64,000 bases of DNA from Solwaraspora sp. WMMD1047 (GCF_029626155.1 NZ_JARUBL010000001.1:7692816-7756815); one strand, 5' to 3'. Positions 8,951 to 18,822 are shown, numbered from the stretch's first letter. The notes: a model not told the origin generated them from the letters alone. Made by a program: numbers and translations.

Positions 8951-9291
8951 AAAGAGGATTACGGCAGGCATCCTGGGTGTCTAGTCGACTACCGGAGGTG
9001 ATCTACAGAGGACGGACCGGGGTGGGTTCCTCGCGTGGCAGCAATGTTTCCCGCCCCGGTCCGTCGCCGAGTCGAAGGGGCGCCGATCACTGGGATCGCG
9101 CACCGGCGACGACTCCGTACCTGTGTACCACCCGGACGTCGTCCCGCGCAGGCCCGCCGTACCCGACCGGGCCGTGCCGTTTCCGCAGCCGGCGCCCTCG
9201 CCAACCGGGGCGGGCGCACGTCCCCATCGCCGTACGGCAATACGGCGCCGGCCGGACCCCGCGCGCCCGCCCCACCAAGGGAGGAACTCGC

Positions 9292-9879
9292 ATGCGGAAC
9301 CGCCGGCTGCCGGCCATCCGCGTCGGCGACGTGGTGACCGTGGCTGAGGGGCACTACCACGCCGGGATCGGCCGGCTCACCCTGTCGGTCGTCGAGGTGG
9401 GTGCGCGGGAGCGGCACACCGACGGCGTCTGGCTGCACCTGCGCGGCGTCCAACTTCGACAACCAGACCTCCGGGTACGCCTGCGTCAGCGCCGCGTCCT
9501 GGTCCGGCTCGACGCGGTACGCGTCCTGCCGTCCCCTCGGTCGAGCATCCGCTGGCTGGCCCTGGACCGACCGGGCCGACCCGACGGGTCGCCGGGCCGG
9601 CCGAACGAGCTGTCGGCCGCTTACCCCAGCGGCCCGGCCGGGCCGCACATCGCGGCCCGGCCGAGCTGGCTCTGCCTGAACTGCCGCCGGGAGTGGCCCT
9701 GTCCGGACCGCCGCGCGAACCTGCTCGCCCGGTACCGGAACGACCGGTTCTCCCTGCTGCTCTACCTCGGTCTCTGCCTGACCGAGGCATCCTTCGACCT
9801 CCAGGACCTACCACCCGAACTGGCGTACCACCGGTTCGTCGGCTGGGCCCGCCAACACCCGCCGCCGACCGGCACCTGA
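9292..9879 (+). CDS. Hypothetical protein (195 aa) with a C-terminal CxxC…C.C motif (CLNCRREWPCP)
   Basis: Strong SD (aagggagga) 8 bp upstream of ATG 9292. No recognisable family. The upstream 100 codons of the track ORF (8977..) look like non-coding low-complexity sequence. Confidence 0.4.
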   Translation: MRNRRLPAIRVGDVVTVAEGHYHAGIGRLTLSVVEVGARERHTDGVWLHLRGVQLRQPDLRVRLRQRRVLVRLDAVRVLPSPRSSIRWLALDRPGRPDGSPGRPNELSAAYPSGPAGPHIAARPSWLCLNCRREWPCPDRRANLLARYRNDRFSLLLYLGLCLTEASFDLQDLPPELAYHRFVGWARQHPPPTGT

Positions 9880-9889
9880 GAACCGAGGG

Positions 9890-10777
9890 TCACTGATCGA
9901 CGCAGATCACGTCCGTGGTGAACGTCCAGGTGTCGGGTGCGCCGGTCGCGTCCTCGCTCGCCGTCGCCATCGCGTACTCGCCGCCGCCGTACGCAAAGGT
10001 CTTGAGGCTCTTCAGCACCACTTCGCCGTACGCGCCGTTCAGGTCGGCGCCGGCGCCGATCGCGGTCCGGTTCGCCGAGCAGCCGACGGTTTCGCTCGTC
10101 GTCGGGTACGCGGTCTGGTTGCTGCTGCTGCGCAGCTCCCAGCCGGTGGGTGGGTCGGCGCAGATCGCGTAGGCGCGGACCCACCAGTCGTCGTCGTAGC
10201 CGTCCTCGTGCTCGTAGGCCGAGGCGCGAACACCGGTCAAATCGATGTCGATGTCGGTGACGACCGCCTGCCCGTGGGGGACCATGTGCTCGACGCCCCC
10301 GGCAAGCGGCACGGTCGTGCCGGGGCAGTCGACGTAGGCGCTGTGGTAGTCGTCCGAGTCCGTCGTGTCCGTGGTGCTGGTCAGCGACCAGCCCGGCGGC
10401 CGGTCGGCGCACATCGCGTACACGGTGAGGCTCCACGGCGAGTCGTAGCCGCTGTATGCCTCGAACACCTGGGCGGTCACGCTGTGCTCGTACGGTTTGA
10501 GGAACTGCAGCCGCAGTTGCGACGTCGACGGGTTCGTCGACCATCCGGTCCCGACGACGGTTTTGTTGTTCGGGCAGGTCTTGGAGGCGAACTTGAACCA
10601 CGGGTCGCTGTTCGAGACGGTCGTGTAGCTGACCAGTTCCAGGCCGGTCAGCGGCTGCCGGACCACGCTCGCCGAGGCCGGTTCGGTGATCCCGGCGGCG
10701 AGGCTTCCGGCCGCGAGCACCAGCACGGCGGCTCGGGCTGCCCGGTGCCGCCAGCCGGCGGTTGTCTTCGGTGTCAT
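9890..10777 (-). CDS. Secreted hypothetical protein with an internally duplicated Cys-containing module
   Basis: N-terminal signal peptide (AAVLVLAAGSLAAGITEPASA). Repeated motifs YAMCADRPPGWSL / YAICADPPTGWEL / VICVDQ. Confidence 0.45.
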   Translation of the reverse strand: MTPKTTAGWRHRAARAAVLVLAAGSLAAGITEPASASVVRQPLTGLELVSYTTVSNSDPWFKFASKTCPNNKTVVGTGWSTNPSTSQLRLQFLKPYEHSVTAQVFEAYSGYDSPWSLTVYAMCADRPPGWSLTSTTDTTDSDDYHSAYVDCPGTTVPLAGGVEHMVPHGQAVVTDIDIDLTGVRASAYEHEDGYDDDWWVRAYAICADPPTGWELRSSSNQTAYPTTSETVGCSANRTAIGAGADLNGAYGEVVLKSLKTFAYGGGEYAMATASEDATGAPDTWTFTTDVICVDQ

Positions 10778-10926
10778 CTGTCGTCCTCCACATCCGGCCG
10801 GTGCCGGTCACCGGTCCGCGCCAAGCGTGAGGTCGACCTGTCAGGGTCAGGTCACGGCCCGGTCAGGGCCGCCCCGGACCGCCAACCCTCCCCCGACCGC
10901 AACTCTGGGGTTGCACATCATCCGGC

Positions 10927-10952
10927 TATCTGCAATTCTCTGGTTGCAGATA
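10927..10952. promoter_or_regulatory. Inverted repeat TATCTGCAA-n8-TTGCAGATA upstream of the AHSA1-ArsR operon; candidate ArsR operator
   Basis: Perfect 9-bp arms. A further GGTTGCA direct repeat lies just upstream (10908-10919). Confidence 0.4.
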
Positions 10953-10973
10953 ACTCCGGGAGAGGGGCCGGCC

Positions 10974-11864
10974 GTGAGCGACGAGTTGGATCGGATCGAA
11001 CGCGACATCGACATCGACGCACCCGCCTCGCGGGTCTGGGAGCTGATCACCAGGCCGGGGTGGTTCATCAACGACGGGGCGATCTTCGAGCAGGAGGTCG
11101 AGCGCCGCGCCGACGACCTGCACATCGTGCGCGACCCGGTGTACGGCGACTTTCCGATCCGCACGGAACGGCTCGACCCGCCCCGCTACGCGGCGTACCG
11201 CTGCCTGATCGACGAGCCCGGCGGCGAACCGCGACCGGAGGGTTCCACGCTCATCGAGTTCTGGATCGACGAGAACCCGGCCGGCGGCGTCACCCTGCGG
11301 GTGGCCGAGAGCGGGTTCGCCACGCTGCCCGGCACCGCCGAGGAGCGGCGCCGCCGCCTCGCCGACAACCTCGACGGCTGGCAGGCCGAGCTGGCGGCGG
11401 CCCGGTCCCACCTCGACTCCCGCTCGGTGCAGCGGGCCAGCTATCTCGCCGCCCCGCCGGAGCAGGTCTGGCCGATCCTCACCCGCCCCGAACACTTCGC
11501 CACCTGGTACGCCTTCGACGGCGCCAGCTTCGACCCGGTGCCCGGGTCGGCGATGGAGCTGCGCTGGGCCGAGCACGGCACCTTCCGCGGCGAGGTCGTC
11601 GAGGTGGACGAGCCGTGGCTGTTCGCGTACCGGATCGCCGCCGCGCCGGACATCGAGCCGGCCGAACACGCCAGCACGCTCGTCACGTTCCGGCTGAAGA
11701 AGTCGGGGAACGGCTGCCTGCTCACCGTCACCCAGACCGGCTTCGACGCCCTCGACCCACGCTTCGGCGCCGCACCCGAGAACGCGGCAACCGAGGTCAC
11801 CGGCTGGGAGGGCGGCCTGGCCGCGCTCGGCCAGCACCTGCGGTCCACGCTCACCGCCGGCTGA
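10974..11864 (+). CDS. Tandem SRPBCC / AHSA1 (activator of Hsp90 ATPase homolog-like) domain protein
   Basis: Two ~140 aa halves, each with the ...RVWELITRPGWF... / ...VWPILTRPEHFATWY... pattern typical of AHSA1/SRPBCC proteins that are co-operonic with ArsR regulators. GTG start 10974. Confidence 0.55.
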   Translation: MSDELDRIERDIDIDAPASRVWELITRPGWFINDGAIFEQEVERRADDLHIVRDPVYGDFPIRTERLDPPRYAAYRCLIDEPGGEPRPEGSTLIEFWIDENPAGGVTLRVAESGFATLPGTAEERRRRLADNLDGWQAELAAARSHLDSRSVQRASYLAAPPEQVWPILTRPEHFATWYAFDGASFDPVPGSAMELRWAEHGTFRGEVVEVDEPWLFAYRIAAAPDIEPAEHASTLVTFRLKKSGNGCLLTVTQTGFDALDPRFGAAPENAATEVTGWEGGLAALGQHLRSTLTAG

Positions 11865-11871
11865 GCGCGCG

Positions 11872-12204
11872 ATGACCACCCCCACACCCACCCCGGTCTT
11901 CGCCGCGCTCGCCGACGACACCCGGTGGGCAATCCTGGTCCGGATCGGCCACGCGCCGGCGTCCGCGTCGGCGCTCGCCGAGGAGTTCCCGATCTCCCGG
12001 CAGGCGATCGTCAAACACCTGGAGGTGCTCCGCGCCGCCGGCCTGGTCGACGTCGAACGGCACGGCCGCGAACTCCGCTACCACCCCATCGGCGCCCGCC
12101 TCACCGCCCTGGCCCGCGACCTCACCCACCTCGCCACCGCCTGGGACCGCCGCCTGTCCCACATCAAGTCCCTGGCCGAGTCCACAACCGACCCCGCCTC
12201 ATGA
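11872..12204 (+). CDS. ArsR/SmtB-family transcriptional regulator
   Basis: FAALADDTRWAILVRI…ASALAEEFPISRQAIVKHLEVLRAAGLV is the canonical ArsR winged-HTH. Confidence 0.75.
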   Translation: MTTPTPTPVFAALADDTRWAILVRIGHAPASASALAEEFPISRQAIVKHLEVLRAAGLVDVERHGRELRYHPIGARLTALARDLTHLATAWDRRLSHIKSLAESTTDPAS

Positions 12205-12266
12205 TCGTTAGTCGCTCACCCGTAGTTTTCGGCCCCAAATTACGGGTGGGCGACTAACGATCATGG
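12199..12266. terminator. Near-perfect 26-bp inverted repeat (16-nt loop) between convergent arsR-like and thiolase genes; likely bidirectional terminator
   Basis: tcatgatcgttagtcgctcacccgta…tacgggtgggcgactaacgatcatgg. The arsR stop lies within the left arm. Confidence 0.5.
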
Positions 12267-12337
12267 AATAGCCGAGCGCGGTGGCGCCCGACGAGGTCAC
12301 CGCCCCGGATGGGGGAAGCGACCGCATCCGGGGCAGA

Positions 12338-13633
12338 TCAGCGTTCGAGGATGGCGGTTACGCCTTGGCCGCCGGCGGCGCAGATGGAGATCAGGCCGCG
12401 GCCCTCGCCGCGCTCGGCGAGCAGCTTGGCCAGGGTGGCGACGATCCGGCCGCCGGTGGCGGCGAACGGGTGGCCGGCGGCCAGCGACGAGCCGTTGACG
12501 TTGAGCCGATCCGGGTCGATCGCGCCCAGCGGTGAGTCCAGACCGAGCCGGTCCTTGCAGAACTCCGGCGACTCCCAGGCCGCCAGGGTGGCCAGCACCT
12601 GGGAGGCGAACGCCTCGTGGATCTCGTAGAAGTCGAAGTCCTGCAGCGCCAACCCGCCGGCCCGCGCCAGCAACCGGGGCACCGCGTACGCCGGGGCCAT
12701 CAGCAGCCCCTCGTCGCCGTGCACGTAGTCCACGGCGGCCACCTCGGAGTAGGAGAAGTACGCCAGCACCGGCAGGTTCCGCTCGGCGGCCCACTCCGGC
12801 GCGGCGAGCAGCACCGCCGAGGCGCCATCGGTGAGCGGCGACGAGTTGCCGGCGGTCATGGTGGCCTGATCGGCGTCCGGCCCCCGGGTGCCGAAGACCG
12901 GCTTGAGCCGGCCCAGCTTCTCCAGCGTGGTGTCCGGCCGCAGGTTCTGGTCCCGGGTCAGCCCCAGGTACGGCGTGACCAGGTCGTCGAAGAACCCCCG
13001 GTCGTACGCGGCGGCCAGCCGCTGGTGCGAGCGGAGCGCCAACTCGTCCTGGGCGGTCCGGCCGACGTTCCAGCGCCGCGCGGTGATGGCGGCGTGCTCC
13101 CCCATCGACAGCCCGGTACGCGGCTCGGCGTTGCGCGGCACCTCCGGCCGGAACGGCTGCGACGGGCGCAGCCCGGCGGCGGCCCGCAGCCGCGCCCCCA
13201 CGGTCCGGGCCGAGTTGATCCGCAGCAGCGTGCGGCGCAGCTCCTCGTTGACCGCCAGCGGGGCGTCGCTCGTGGTGTCCACCCCGGCCGCCACCCCGGC
13301 GTCGATCTGCCCCAGCGCGATCTTGTTGGCGACCAGGATCACCGCCTCCAGGCCGGTGCCACAGGCCTGCTGGATGTCGTACGCGGGGGTGTGCGGGTCG
13401 AGCCGGGAGCCGAGCACCACCTCGCGGGTCAGGTTGAAGTCCCGGGAGTGCTTGAGCACCGCCCCGGCGACCACCTCGCCGAGCCGCTGCCCGGCCAGCC
13501 CGAAGCGGGCCACCAGACCGTCCAGCGCGGCGGTGAGCATGTCCTGGTTGGACGCGTTGGCGTAGCGGCCGTTGGACCGCGCGAACGGGATCCGGTTGCC
13601 GCCGATGATCGCTACCCGACGCACGGTTTCCAC
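12338..13633 (-). CDS. Acetyl-CoA C-acyltransferase (thiolase), FadA2-like
   Basis: GTG 13633 preceded by a GGAGG RBS. VETVRRVAIIGGNRIPFARSNG…, active-site regions (…QACGTGL…, …CAAGGQG…) and thiolase C-terminus. Confidence 0.75.
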   Translation of the reverse strand: METVRRVAIIGGNRIPFARSNGRYANASNQDMLTAALDGLVARFGLAGQRLGEVVAGAVLKHSRDFNLTREVVLGSRLDPHTPAYDIQQACGTGLEAVILVANKIALGQIDAGVAAGVDTTSDAPLAVNEELRRTLLRINSARTVGARLRAAAGLRPSQPFRPEVPRNAEPRTGLSMGEHAAITARRWNVGRTAQDELALRSHQRLAAAYDRGFFDDLVTPYLGLTRDQNLRPDTTLEKLGRLKPVFGTRGPDADQATMTAGNSSPLTDGASAVLLAAPEWAAERNLPVLAYFSYSEVAAVDYVHGDEGLLMAPAYAVPRLLARAGGLALQDFDFYEIHEAFASQVLATLAAWESPEFCKDRLGLDSPLGAIDPDRLNVNGSSLAAGHPFAATGGRIVATLAKLLAERGEGRGLISICAAGGQGVTAILER

Positions 13634-13687
13634 AGTTGCCTCCAGAACACGGCTTGCCTCTAACCTACCCACGAGTAGGCTACGCCT

Positions 13688-15127
13688 ATGAGCGACAGGT
13701 ACGCGAGCTTCGCCCACTCCGGCCCCGGCCGGGCTCTGGTCAGGCGGCTCGGCCTGCCCGATCCGCCCCGGCTGCGGCGGCACCACCCGGGCGACCCGCT
13801 CACCACCGGCCCGGTCCTGCTCGGCGCCGCCCCCGGCGGCCGGCTACGCGACCCGGTCGCCAAACTGCTCACCGCCACCGGTATCGAGGTCCGCACCGGC
13901 AACACCGGGGGCGAGGGCGCCAGCGACACCGGGGGCGCGGGCCGCGCCGGCACCGCCAGCGGCGACGTTCGCGACAGCGCACCGGCGGCCGGCGGCGGGC
14001 ACGCACCGGGCGACGACATCCGGCACGGTGCGCTGCTCTTCGACGCGTCCGGAGTCACCGACTCGACGGCGCTGCGGCCGCTCTACGACTTCTTCCACGC
14101 CTACGCCCGCGCGCTGCTGCCATCCGGCCGGGTGATCGTCTTCGGCACCCCGCCGGAGCAGGCCGACGGGCCGCGGGCCGCCACCGCCCAGCGCGCCCTG
14201 GAAGGACTGACCCGCAGCATCGGCAAGGAGTTCGGCCGGGGTACCACCGCCCAGCTGGTGTACGTCGCCCCCGGCGCCGAGGACGCCGTCGAGTCCACCC
14301 TGCGGTTCCTGCTCTCCGGCCGGTCCGCCTACGTCTCCGGTCAGGTCATCCGGATCGGCCCCGGCGCCGTCCCGGCCACCGACTGGGACCGCCCGCTGGC
14401 CGGGCGGATCGCGCTGGTCACCGGCGCGGCCCGCGGGATCGGCGCGGCCGTCGCCGAGGTGCTGGCCCGCGACGGCGCCCATGTGGTGGCGCTCGACATG
14501 CCCGCCGCGGGCGACGCGCTCGCCGCCGTGGCCAACTCCGTCGAGGGTACGGCGGTGCAGCTCGACCTGACCGCGCCGGACGCGCCCACCCGGCTCGCCG
14601 ACCACCTGGCGAGCTGGCACGGCCGGGTCGACGTGGTGGTGCACAACGCCGGCATCACCCGGGACCGCACCATCGCCCGGATGGACGCCGCCGGCTGGGA
14701 CGCCGTCCTCGACGTCAACCTCGCCAGCCAGGAGCGGATCAACGACGTCCTGCTGGCGCGCGACCTGATCTCCCGCACCGGCCGGCTGATCGGGGTCTCC
14801 TCGATCGCCGGGATCGCCGGCAACCGGGGCCAGACCAACTACGCCACCTCGAAGGCGGGCGTGATCGGGCTGGTCCAGTCGATGGCGCCGCTGCTCGCCG
14901 ACCGGGGCATCACCGTCAACGCGGTGGCGCCCGGTTTCATCGAGACCCGGCTGACCGCCCGGATCCCGGTGCTGCTGCGGCAGGCCGGCCGGCGGATGAA
15001 CAGCCTGGCGCAGGGCGGCCTGCCGGTCGACGTGGCCGAGACGATCGCCTGGTTCGCCGCGCCGGCCTCGGCCGGGGTGACCGGCAATGTGGTCCGGGTC
15101 TGCGGCCAGAGCCTGCTGGGAGCGTGA
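13688..15127 (+). CDS. FabG4-like 3-oxoacyl-ACP/CoA reductase: N-terminal non-catalytic domain + SDR domain
   Basis: C-terminal SDR with TGAARGIGAA, NAG and the YxxxK region (NYATSKAG). ~230 aa N-terminal extension as in mycobacterial FabG4. Divergent from a thiolase. Confidence 0.7.
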   Translation: MSDRYASFAHSGPGRALVRRLGLPDPPRLRRHHPGDPLTTGPVLLGAAPGGRLRDPVAKLLTATGIEVRTGNTGGEGASDTGGAGRAGTASGDVRDSAPAAGGGHAPGDDIRHGALLFDASGVTDSTALRPLYDFFHAYARALLPSGRVIVFGTPPEQADGPRAATAQRALEGLTRSIGKEFGRGTTAQLVYVAPGAEDAVESTLRFLLSGRSAYVSGQVIRIGPGAVPATDWDRPLAGRIALVTGAARGIGAAVAEVLARDGAHVVALDMPAAGDALAAVANSVEGTAVQLDLTAPDAPTRLADHLASWHGRVDVVVHNAGITRDRTIARMDAAGWDAVLDVNLASQERINDVLLARDLISRTGRLIGVSSIAGIAGNRGQTNYATSKAGVIGLVQSMAPLLADRGITVNAVAPGFIETRLTARIPVLLRQAGRRMNSLAQGGLPVDVAETIAWFAAPASAGVTGNVVRVCGQSLLGA

Positions 15128-16032
15128 CGCCGATGGACGTAACGGAGCTGCCCGCGCTGCCGGCCGCCGGGCCGCTGTACCGGCGGGCCGCGATCGGGCT
15201 GGTGCCGCGGCCGGGTCGGCCGCGTCGGCCGATGACGCTGCCGGACGTCGAGCTGACCGTCCGGGGCTGCGCCGTCGACCGGGACCGGCTGGCCGACTAC
15301 GACCGGGTCTGTGGGTTCCGGCTGACCGACGCGCTGCCGGCGACGTTCCCGCACATCATGGCGTTCCCGGTGGCGCTGCGGTTGATGACCGCCGCCGACT
15401 TCCCGTTTCCGCTGGTCGGGCTGGTGCACCTGGCGAACCGGATCACCGTGCACCGGCCGATCGACGCCGCCGAGCGGCTGGACCTGTCGGTGCGCGCGGC
15501 GGACCTGCGCCCGCACCCCAGGGGGCGGCAACTCGACGTGATCGCCACCGCCTCGGTCGGCGGTGCGGTGGTCTGGCGCGGCGTCTCGACGTACCTGAGC
15601 AGGGAGCGCGCCGCCGGCGGCGGTGAGCGGCGCGACCAGGGTGACCGCCCGGCGCCGCCGGCCCCGTCCGCCCGGTGGCGGGTCGAGCGACGCACCGGTA
15701 CGGACTACGCGCGGGTCTCCGGCGACCACAACCCGATCCACACCTCCCGGCTCGGCGCCCGACTGCTCGGCTTCGGCGCGCCGATCGCGCACGGCATGTG
15801 GAGCAAGGCCCGCTGCCTGGCCGCGCTGGAGGGCCGGCTCCCGGACGCGTACACGGTGGAGGTCGCGTTCAAGGTGCCGTTGCCGCTGCCGTCGACGGTG
15901 GAGTTCGGCGCCGCGCGGACCCCGGTCGGTGCCGGCTGGGCCTTCGGCCTGCACGCCGCCCGCTCGGGACGACCGCACCTGGCCGGCACGATCGCCGCCA
16001 CCCCGGCCCCTGCCGCCCACCCCGGCCCCTGA
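15124..16032 (+). CDS. MaoC-like (R)-specific dehydratase, HtdX-like
   Basis: GTG 15124 overlaps the fabG4-like stop. The hot-dog fold region …YARVSGDHNPIHTS…GAPIAHGM… is typical of MaoC dehydratases. Synteny matches the mycobacterial fadA2/fabG4/htdX cluster (established knowledge). Confidence 0.65.
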   Translation: MTPMDVTELPALPAAGPLYRRAAIGLVPRPGRPRRPMTLPDVELTVRGCAVDRDRLADYDRVCGFRLTDALPATFPHIMAFPVALRLMTAADFPFPLVGLVHLANRITVHRPIDAAERLDLSVRAADLRPHPRGRQLDVIATASVGGAVVWRGVSTYLSRERAAGGGERRDQGDRPAPPAPSARWRVERRTGTDYARVSGDHNPIHTSRLGARLLGFGAPIAHGMWSKARCLAALEGRLPDAYTVEVAFKVPLPLPSTVEFGAARTPVGAGWAFGLHAARSGRPHLAGTIAATPAPAAHPGP

Positions 16033-16234
16033 CACCCAGACCGCCCGGACGCCCAGACCGCCCGGACGCCGGCCGGCCCCCTCCGGCCGACCGCGCCCCT
16101 GGCGCCGGCAGTGCCCGACGCCGGGCCGGTCCGGCGAGGATTCCGGTGCTGGGCAGCGGGTGTTGGGTCGCCCGCTACCGCCTCGTCATCGCTGCCCGCG
16201 AGGGTCGCCCTCGCACAGCGATCGAGGAGGCAAC

Positions 16235-18100
16235 ATGGACCACGTTCACCAGCCGGGACTCGGGCGCCGCACGCTGCTGGGAGCAACCCTCGCAGCACCC
16301 GCGGTGGCCGCCTCGGCATCCCTACTGGCCGGCGAACCGGCACCCGCGCTGGCGGCCCGCGGGCCGTTCGATCCGGGCAGCCCGCGCTTCGCGATCGCGG
16401 TGCTGCCCGACACCCAGTACCTCTTCGACGCGGACAGCTCCGACCCGGAGCCGCTGAAGGCGACGTTCCGCTACCTCGCGCAGTCCCGGGCCGAGGCGAA
16501 CATCGCGTTCATGACCCACCTCGGCGACGTGACCGAGCACGGCACCGAGGAGGAGATCTCGCTCGCCGACCAGACCTTCCGGACGCTGGACGGCAAGGTG
16601 CCCTACAGCGTGCTCGCCGGCAACCACGACATCCGGTCCAACACCGACGACCAGCGCGGCGACAGCGCCTACCTGCGGGCGTTCGGGCCGAACCGGTACG
16701 CCGGCATGCCCACCTTCGGCGGCGCCTCGCCGGACGGCTACCACAGCTTCCACGTGCTCTCCGCCGGCGGCCGGAGCTGGCTGGTGCTGGCGCTGGACTG
16801 GCGCGCCTCGGACCGGGGGCTGCAGTGGGCGCAGGGCGTGCTCGACGCGCATCCCACCCTGCCGGCCATCCTCACCACCCACGACCTGGCCTGGGCCGAC
16901 GGCGCCGGTCAGGGGCAGCTCTCCGACCACGGGCGGCGGCTCTGGGACCGGCTGATCCGGGGCAACGACCAGATCTTCCTGACCCTCAACGGGCACTACT
17001 GGCCGCCGGGCCGGACGGTGCTGACCAACGACGCCGGCCACGACGTGCACGTCCACGTGGTCAACTACCAGGACCGGTACTACGGCGGCGCGGGAATGAT
17101 CCGGCTCTACTCGTTCGACCTGGTGCGGAAGGTCATCGACGTCGAGACGTTCGCGCCGTGGTTCCTGGCCAAGGATCCCGCCCGCCGCGCACCGCTCGCG
17201 GCCGAGAACGTCGAGCTGACCGGGCCGGTGGACCGGTTCAGCCTGGAACTGGACTTCCCGGCCCGGTTCGCGGGTTTCGCACCGGTGGTGCCGCCGGCTC
17301 CGCGTCCACCGGCGACGGTACTGCCCCGGGGGACGGTGGCGTACTGGCGGTTCGACCTGTCCGGGTTGGCCGCGGCCGGGACGGCCGGGACGCCGGTGCC
17401 GGCCGGGGCCGTGGCCCGGGACCTGACCGGCCGGGGCAACGACCTGACCGTGCAACTGCTGCACGCCAGCCCGCCCGAGACCCTGACCTGGTCGCCGGAG
17501 CACCACCCGGGCCAGCCCGCCCACGCCAGCCTGCGCTTCGACGGGGGCAAAGGACCCGACCGGGGCGCGGTGCTGCGGGCCGCTCCGGGCGCGCCGATCA
17601 ACAGCATGTCGTTCGACTCCGGCTACACCATCGAGGCGTTCGTCAAGCTGCCCGACCCGTTCGTCGGCGACCACGCCTGGATGGGCATCCTGAGCTGGGA
17701 GGGGCGCGCCGGCGACGCGGGCAAGACCAGCGGCTGGTCGCCGGACGAACCCACCTGCAGCCTGAACCTGTCGGGTGAGCGGTTCCTGCAGTACGTGGTC
17801 TACCCGGTGGACCGGGACGCGGACCCGACCTCGTGGAGCCATGCCCTGCCGGTCGGGCGGTGGATGCACCTGGCGGTGGTGAACGACGGCCGGCACACCA
17901 TCGTGTACGTCGACGGTTCGAAGATCGCCCGGAACCCGACCCAGCCGTCGAAGGGCATCACCACCCTCGGCAAGCCGTTCGTGCTCGGTGGCACCCAGTT
18001 CGCCGAGCGTTTCGGGCAGGGCTTCTACGGCTGGATCGGCGACGTCCGGATCGCGGCCCGGGCGCTGCGGCCGGCCGAATTCCTCACGCCGGCCGGCTGA
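16235..18100 (+). CDS. Tat-secreted calcineurin-like metallophosphoesterase with a C-terminal lectin/LamG-like beta-sandwich domain
   Basis: Tat motif RRTLLGATLAAPAVAASA. MPE motifs GDVTEHG and GNHD. The ~250 aa C-terminal domain assignment is inference. Confidence 0.6.
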   Translation: MDHVHQPGLGRRTLLGATLAAPAVAASASLLAGEPAPALAARGPFDPGSPRFAIAVLPDTQYLFDADSSDPEPLKATFRYLAQSRAEANIAFMTHLGDVTEHGTEEEISLADQTFRTLDGKVPYSVLAGNHDIRSNTDDQRGDSAYLRAFGPNRYAGMPTFGGASPDGYHSFHVLSAGGRSWLVLALDWRASDRGLQWAQGVLDAHPTLPAILTTHDLAWADGAGQGQLSDHGRRLWDRLIRGNDQIFLTLNGHYWPPGRTVLTNDAGHDVHVHVVNYQDRYYGGAGMIRLYSFDLVRKVIDVETFAPWFLAKDPARRAPLAAENVELTGPVDRFSLELDFPARFAGFAPVVPPAPRPPATVLPRGTVAYWRFDLSGLAAAGTAGTPVPAGAVARDLTGRGNDLTVQLLHASPPETLTWSPEHHPGQPAHASLRFDGGKGPDRGAVLRAAPGAPINSMSFDSGYTIEAFVKLPDPFVGDHAWMGILSWEGRAGDAGKTSGWSPDEPTCSLNLSGERFLQYVVYPVDRDADPTSWSHALPVGRWMHLAVVNDGRHTIVYVDGSKIARNPTQPSKGITTLGKPFVLGGTQFAERFGQGFYGWIGDVRIAARALRPAEFLTPAG

Positions 18101-18213
18101 CCGGTTCCGACCACCCCGATACCCGGATCGGGGGACATCCTTAACCGAAATCAGGGATCGGCGTTGGTTCACCACCGATGTGCGGTTCACCGGCGTCGAC
18201 AAGCATCGGAACG

Positions 18214-18822
18214 ATGGAAGTCGTCCTCGATCTGCTCCACTCGGCCATGGCCTCCGCCTGGATCTACCCGGCGATCTTCGCGATCGCGGTGATCGACGGG
18301 TTCTTCCCGGCGGTGCCCAGCGAGACGGCGGTGATCACGGCCGGCGTCTTCGCCGCCACGGGTCAGCCGGACCTGGGCTGGGTGATCGCGGTGGCGGCGG
18401 CCGGCGCGCTGGTCGGCGACCACGTCTCGTACCTCATCGGTCGGTTCTCCGGCACCCGGCTGCTGAGCCGGGCGCCGGAGGGCAGCCGGCGGGCGGCGGC
18501 GTTCCGGTGGGCCGGGCGGGAGGTGGCGCGGCGTGGCGGTCTGATGCTCGTCGTGGCGCGCTACATCCCCGGGGGGCGGACCACGGTCACCCTCACCATG
18601 GGCGCGGTCGGGTTCCCGTGGCGGACATTCCTCCTCTTCGACGTGCTGGCCGCGGTCTCCTGGGGGTGCTACTCGGCGCTTGTCGGCTACTTCGGCGGGG
18701 TGGCGTTCGAGAATGATCCGCTGCGCGGGCTGCTGCTCGGGATCGGCATCGCGATGGGCGTGACGCTGGTGGTGGAGCTGGTCCGTTACCTACGGCAGCG
18801 CGCCCTGACCCGGGTGGGGTGA
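18214..18822 (+). CDS. DedA / SNARE-associated family membrane protein
   Basis: …PAIFAIAVIDGFFPAVPSETAVITAG… and GRFSG.R… motifs typical of DedA. Confidence 0.65.
   Translation: MEVVLDLLHSAMASAWIYPAIFAIAVIDGFFPAVPSETAVITAGVFAATGQPDLGWVIAVAAAGALVGDHVSYLIGRFSGTRLLSRAPEGSRRAAAFRWAGREVARRGGLMLVVARYIPGGRTTVTLTMGAVGFPWRTFLLFDVLAAVSWGCYSALVGYFGGVAFENDPLRGLLLGIGIAMGVTLVVELVRYLRQRALTRVG

Noticed and set aside
10208-11875. 555-aa plus-strand ORF spanning the secreted-protein and AHSA1 genes
   Set aside because: Low-complexity R/G/P content. It overlaps a minus-strand gene with a clear signal peptide and then runs out of frame with the real AHSA1 gene (start 10974).
13636-16032. Single 798-aa ORF in the track covering the fabG4-like and htdX-like region
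   Set aside because: The translation upstream of 15124 in that frame is R/P/G junk. The fabG4-like gene is in a different frame (13688..15127) and the MaoC gene starts at GTG 15124, so these are two genes, not one.
16322-18202. 626-aa minus-strand ORF antisense to the metallophosphoesterase
   Set aside because: Low-complexity composition. The plus-strand product has Tat signal and MPE motifs.
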